A stretch of DNA of 44,783 nt, from positions 1 to 44,783 of the forward strand of contig SBAY01000363.1 of NCBI GenBank assembly GCA_005239945.1, given 5' to 3'. Both the position numbers and the translations under genes were made by a program. The DNA is from Nitrospira sp. (GTDB lineage: Bacteria; UBA9089; CG2-30-40-21; SBAY01). The notes beneath the pieces were generated by a model that was given only the letters and a program-made list of their open reading frames with translations, did not search any database and was not told the origin of the DNA. The first letter of the stretch is position 1, and each line of letters opens with the position of its first letter. Positions 43,901 through 44,783 of this stretch are shown piece by piece.

Positions 43901-44155
43901 ATGGAAACAGTTCAGACTAAAATAATGCCAAATGGAGAGATAAAATTACCTCCTAAAATTTTAAAGGGTTGGGGAGTAAGAGTGGGAGGAAATATTAAGG
44001 TGAGGATTGAAAATCAACAGGTTATACTTTTTCCAGCAAAGAGTACTGATAAATCAAAAGACTTGTTACGAAAAGTACTTGAAGATTTGAGGAAACCCGC
44101 AGTAAAATGTAGTATTGAAAAAATGATGTTAGATGAGGTAGTGGATGCCGATTAG
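43901..44155 (+). CDS. AbrB/SpoVT-fold antitoxin (VapB/MazE-like)
   Basis: Trimmed to ATG 43901 (GGGAG about 10 nt upstream). NGEIKLPPKILKGWGVRVGGNIKVRIENQQVILFP is the swapped-hairpin AbrB-type signature. It overlaps the PIN gene by 11 bp. Confidence 0.6.
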   Translation: METVQTKIMPNGEIKLPPKILKGWGVRVGGNIKVRIENQQVILFPAKSTDKSKDLLRKVLEDLRKPAVKCSIEKMMLDEVVDAD

Positions 44156-44663
44156 TATATTAATTGATACCAATATTTGGCACTTTGCTTATGTAGAGCC
44201 AAAAGAGTTACAGTATGAAGAGATACACCAAAAGGCTAAAGAATTTCTTTTTAATAAACTTAAGGAAAAGGGAATAAAGATATTCCTTACTTCTTATCAG
44301 GTGAGTGAGATATTAGACATGCTAAGAAAGGGAAATGTAAGCAAAGAGATTAGAATACATTTGATGGAATTGATGGAAACGCCACTCTTTTCCATAATTG
44401 ATTTACATTTTTCTATAGTAAAAGTCTCGTTTCAAAAAAGTCTAAACTCTAACATCCATATTTATGATTATTTAGTTGCATTACCATTAAAAGGTACTAT
44501 AGGTAGGATATACTCAGCAGATGACCATTTTCAACACAAAGATTTCTTAGCTGTTGCTCCTGTAGAAAATCCATTAGAGCCATGGATACTTCGTGAGGGA
44601 AGAAAGCCTTTTGAAAAAGTTCATTTATCACAAAAGATAATTGAAGAAGGGAAAAATATTTAA
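44145..44663 (+). CDS. PIN-domain protein (VapC-like toxin, atypically long)
   Basis: ILIDTNIW supplies the first acidic residue, EILDML the second and YSADDHF the third or fourth. 172 aa. Confidence 0.6.
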   Translation: MPISILIDTNIWHFAYVEPKELQYEEIHQKAKEFLFNKLKEKGIKIFLTSYQVSEILDMLRKGNVSKEIRIHLMELMETPLFSIIDLHFSIVKVSFQKSLNSNIHIYDYLVALPLKGTIGRIYSADDHFQHKDFLAVAPVENPLEPWILREGRKPFEKVHLSQKIIEEGKNI

Positions 44664-44691
44664 TTTGTGATTTTAGGAGGTAAAAATATGA

Positions 44692-44783
44692 GTGTGCCGA
44701 GCAAGTTTATTAGTTCTTATCAGTGAAAGTCTGGTCTGAGTAAAGGTTAGCAACCATCTCAGCACCAAATCCCACGCATAGGG
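44692..44783 (+). mobile_element. probable 5' end of a group II intron (truncated by the window edge)
   Basis: It starts with GTGTG, matching the GUGYG 5' consensus. It is followed by ..cagtgaaagtctggtctgagtaaaggttagcaacc.., which resembles from memory the GUGA(A/G)AGUC..GUUAGC segments in domain I of bacterial group II introns. It interrupts a frame that has a strong SD (TAGGAGG) and ATG 44688 after only 4 nt. Confidence 0.4.

Overview
AT-rich chromosomal segment that looks like an uncultivated diderm bacterium; no phylum can be assigned from sequence alone. I found no rRNA, tRNA or CRISPR array. All calls are by eye: nothing was folded, searched or counted, and repeat and hairpin coordinates are good to a few nt.

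**Gene content**
- Housekeeping genes: trxA, def, guaA, queC, rho, cdaA plus a ybbR-like gene, gatB and gap.
- LPS and envelope genes (the basis for calling it diderm): kdsD, lptC, lpxK, manC and a gmd/rmd-like gene.
- Two GT-C type membrane glycosyltransferases.
- Three sensor kinases and three receiver proteins.
- At least six type II/VII toxin-antitoxin cassettes: two hicAB, a mazEF-like pair with a dead toxin, HEPN-MNT, a phd with only a toxin stub, and vapBC.

**Most unusual signal: word-like palindromic repeats**
- Nearly every intergenic gap carries a long hairpin built from a few short words: GGTAATCGG/CCGATTACC, GGGATTCGGG/CCCGAA, GGATTTTGG/CCAAAATCC, GGAGCGT/GTGCTCC and CCCCC..GGGGG.
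- The same words are inserted in frame inside two otherwise intact genes, queC and a DUF2723-type glycosyltransferase. This resembles the Rickettsia palindromic element phenomenon.
- A larger structured element of about 140-170 bp occurs three times. Each copy sits directly upstream of, and in the same orientation as, an unrelated gene (porin-like, queC, rho), and two copies run into a shared SD sequence.

**Candidate undescribed modules**
- An operon of a giant 7TM-GAF histidine kinase, a REC-T2SSE_N (MshEN-like) protein and an orphan PilT, at 35188-40702.
- A convergent AT-rich two-gene cassette of unknown function at 33627-35134, whose second protein looks like a catalytically degenerate eIF-2B/MtnA-fold protein.
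- A stand-alone coiled-coil plus PD-(D/E)XK-like protein at 10047-10826.
- A 255-bp three-hairpin compound palindrome after lpxK.

**Other observations**
- Three genes have consensus promoters abutting the start codon, which suggests leaderless mRNAs.
- The mazF-like toxin carries an in-frame amber stop.
- The right edge of the window probably enters a group II intron.
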